A DNA stretch of 64,000 bases, taken from Kiritimatiellia bacterium. Lineage in GTDB: Bacteria > Verrucomicrobiota > Kiritimatiellia > RFP12 > UBA1067. Position 1 is the stretch's first letter. Every line of letters starts with the position of its first letter. The notes below the pieces were generated by a model that was not told the origin of the DNA, ran no database searches, and was given only the letters and a program-made list of their open reading frames with translations. The stretch spans positions 3,643 through 67,642 of the forward strand of contig JAZQPI010000018.1 of assembly GCA_045628545.1 (NCBI GenBank), written 5' to 3'. Positions 62,482 to 64,000 of this stretch are shown here, in pieces. A program made the translations under genes and the position numbers.

Positions 62482-62558
62482 GGGGTTGTGGCGCAATTGG
62501 TTAGCGCACTGGACTGTCGATCCGGGGGTTGCGGGTTCGAGCCCCGTCGACCCCGCCA
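62482..62558 (+). tRNA. tRNA-Asp (anticodon GUC)
   Basis: Manual fold. Acceptor GGGGTTG/CGACCCC, D-stem GCGC/GCGC, anticodon stem CTGGA/TCCGG with loop CTGTCGA, T-arm GCGGG-TTCGAGC-CCCGT. Discriminator G plus encoded CCA. 77 nt. Confidence 0.9.
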
Positions 62559-62579
62559 GTACGGGGAAGCAAGAGGGAT

Positions 62580-62653
62580 TGCCTCGTGGTGTAATGGTAG
62601 CACCCAAGATTCTGATTCTTGTTGTTGGGGTTCGAGTCCCTGCGAGGCAACCA
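62580..62653 (+). tRNA. tRNA-Gln (anticodon CUG)
   Basis: Manual fold. U1:A72 acceptor TGCCTCG/CGAGGCA, 3-bp D-stem, anticodon stem CAAGA/TCTTG with loop TTCTGAT, T-loop TTCGAGT. Discriminator A plus CCA. 74 nt. Confidence 0.8.
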
Positions 62654-62666
62654 TTGACATATCGAA

Positions 62667-62695
62667 CTCGGAGATATCCGAGTTTTTTATTTTTT
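62667..62695 (+). terminator. rho-independent terminator after the tRNA pair
   Basis: CTCGGA-gata-TCCGAG hairpin followed by TTTTTTATTTTTT. Confidence 0.8.
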
Positions 62696-62786
62696 ACGCG
62701 AGTGCGAATAAGCCCGATACATTCGCCGGAGGGCGAAAGTGTTTTTTCGATCGCTCTTTACGCTGGAAATTTGGTATAATTCGAAT

Positions 62787-64000
62787 ATGAGTAAATTGTG
62801 TCGTTGCTTGCGGCTGTTGTTCGTGACATTGGTAGTTGGCGTTGCTTTTGTTTCGGTGACAGGTTGCGGTGCTAAAGATTTTGTGATTGCCGAACGCGGT
62901 CATGCCGCGGGATGCACGATCGTCTGCGGCGATGGTGCGGATCCCGCGGTGCGGTACGCGGCGGAGGAGCTGCGGGATTACGTCAAGAAGCTGACCGGCG
63001 TCGAATTGACGATCGACGGCGACGAGGAGCGGCAGATCGTGCTTTCGGTCGGTGAACTCGACGGCGTGGCGTCGGACGGTTTTTCGATTCTTGCGACGGA
63101 AGACGACGTGCTTCGGATTTCCGGGACGAATCCGCGCGGGTGCATTTACGGCGTCTACGAGCTTCTGGAACGCTACGGCGGGGTCGGCTTCTATTCGAGC
63201 TGGTGCGAGAAGGTGCCGCGGCTCGACCGGCTTGCGGTTCCGGCGATGTGCGTCAACACGTCGTCGCCGGCGTTCGAGATGCGCGAGCCGCTCTGGTACG
63301 ACGTAAACGTCCATCACGAGTTCGGCGCGAAGATCCGGGCCAACGGGCACAACCTCGTCCCGGGCGAAGTGCCGGCGAAGTTCGGCGGCGACGATTTCCG
63401 GTTCGGCGGCGGACTCCGCAGCTGCCATACCTTCGGCACGCTTTGCTGTCCGAAGGTTTATTTTGACGAGCATCCGGAGTATTTCTCGATGGTGGACGGC
63501 AAGCGCCTGAAGGAGCGCACGCAGCTTTGCCTTACCAATCCCGACGTGTTGGAGGTCGTGACGTCTAATGTGCTCGACTGCATCCGCAAGGATCCGACCG
63601 CGAGATTCTACGGCGTCAGTCAGAACGACTGGTACAATTTCTGCGAGTGCCCGGAGTGCAAGGCGGTAGACGAAGAAGAGGGTTCGCATTCTGGCACGAT
63701 GGTGCGTTTCGTGAACGCGGTCGCCGAACGAGTCGAGAAGGAGTTTCCGAAAGCAGTCATCGAGACGCTCGCCTATCAGTATACGCGCAAGCCGCCGAAA
63801 TTCGCGAAGCCCAGGCATAACGTGATGCCGTGTCTGTGCACGATCGAATGCGATTTCGCGCGGCCGATTCCCGAAAGCCCTTACGGCGAGAACCGGTCCT
63901 TCATGTCCGACATCGCCGGCTGGGCGAAGCTGACCGACCGGCTCTATGTCTGGGATTACGTCACGCAGTTCCCGCATTACCCCCACGCTTTCGCCAACGT
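62787..64000 (+). CDS. secreted lipoprotein, probably DUF4838-like; 3' end outside the window
   Basis: ORF open from the ATG at 62787 to the window end with no stop, so it is absent from the track. Signal peptide plus lipobox (VSVTGCG), conserved-looking WYNFCECPECK motif, protein-like composition. The minus-strand ORF 62694..63986 is its antisense artefact. Confidence 0.55.
   Translation, partial: MSKLCRCLRLLFVTLVVGVAFVSVTGCGAKDFVIAERGHAAGCTIVCGDGADPAVRYAAEELRDYVKKLTGVELTIDGDEERQIVLSVGELDGVASDGFSILATEDDVLRISGTNPRGCIYGVYELLERYGGVGFYSSWCEKVPRLDRLAVPAMCVNTSSPAFEMREPLWYDVNVHHEFGAKIRANGHNLVPGEVPAKFGGDDFRFGGGLRSCHTFGTLCCPKVYFDEHPEYFSMVDGKRLKERTQLCLTNPDVLEVVTSNVLDCIRKDPTARFYGVSQNDWYNFCECPECKAVDEEEGSHSGTMVRFVNAVAERVEKEFPKAVIETLAYQYTRKPPKFAKPRHNVMPCLCTIECDFARPIPESPYGENRSFMSDIAGWAKLTDRLYVWDYVTQFPHYPHAFAN

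Noticed and set aside
62694-63986. 430-aa minus-strand ORF at the window end
   Set aside because: The plus strand carries an ORF (62787 to window end) with signal peptide, lipobox and protein-like composition. It is missing from the track only because it has no stop within the window. The minus ORF is Arg-rich antisense.

Overview
High-GC (~63-65%) bacterial chromosome segment, tentatively PVC-superphylum-like (weak guess from a murC-murB fusion, GTP-PEPCK and a DUF4838-like lipoprotein). Most of the window is gene-dense and ordinary. It carries ilvBN, two aldose epimerases, glnA, a murC/murB fusion, two TetR-controlled RND efflux systems and a DEAD-box helicase. It also carries rpoZ-smpB-secY-pckG-hydE, rpoD and a tRNA-Asp/tRNA-Gln pair. 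Many long ORFs in the six-frame track are antisense artefacts of the high GC content. Four things stand out. (1) A clpP operon with no clpX: clpP is followed by a 724-aa tandem classic-clade AAA+ ATPase whose extreme C-terminus is KIGFGA, the ClpX IGF-loop core, making it a candidate new ClpP-docking unfoldase. A 58-aa ORF precedes clpP and CA-rich octamer repeats flank it. (2) A cell-envelope-like operon (murC-murB fusion, GT2-DUF218 fusion, MOP/MATE transporter fused to an RsbW-like GHKL domain) ends in a diverged tandem duplication of a two-gene cassette. The cassette encodes an unclassified PP-loop-like, Cys-rich protein plus a TupA-like ATP-grasp ligase. (3) A ~1.2-kb repeat-rich non-coding region sits upstream of clpP, with tandem extended -10 promoters, a ~60-bp inverted-repeat pair, hairpins, direct repeats and microsatellites. 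It is a candidate ncRNA or MITE. (4) A mobile/defence patchwork includes a 5'-partial GmrSD-like gene with two unknown genes, a complete IS with terminal inverted repeats, a Pif1-like helicase and AT-rich foreign DNA. It also includes a Y1 (IS200/RAYT-like) transposase with a Gly-rich repeat tail. The six-frame track missed a 49-aa rubredoxin and a 3' partial lipoprotein gene at the window end. Three apparent single-base frameshifts (glnA, a DUF3999-like gene, a secreted protein) could be assembly errors. All family assignments are motif recognition by eye; no database search was run.
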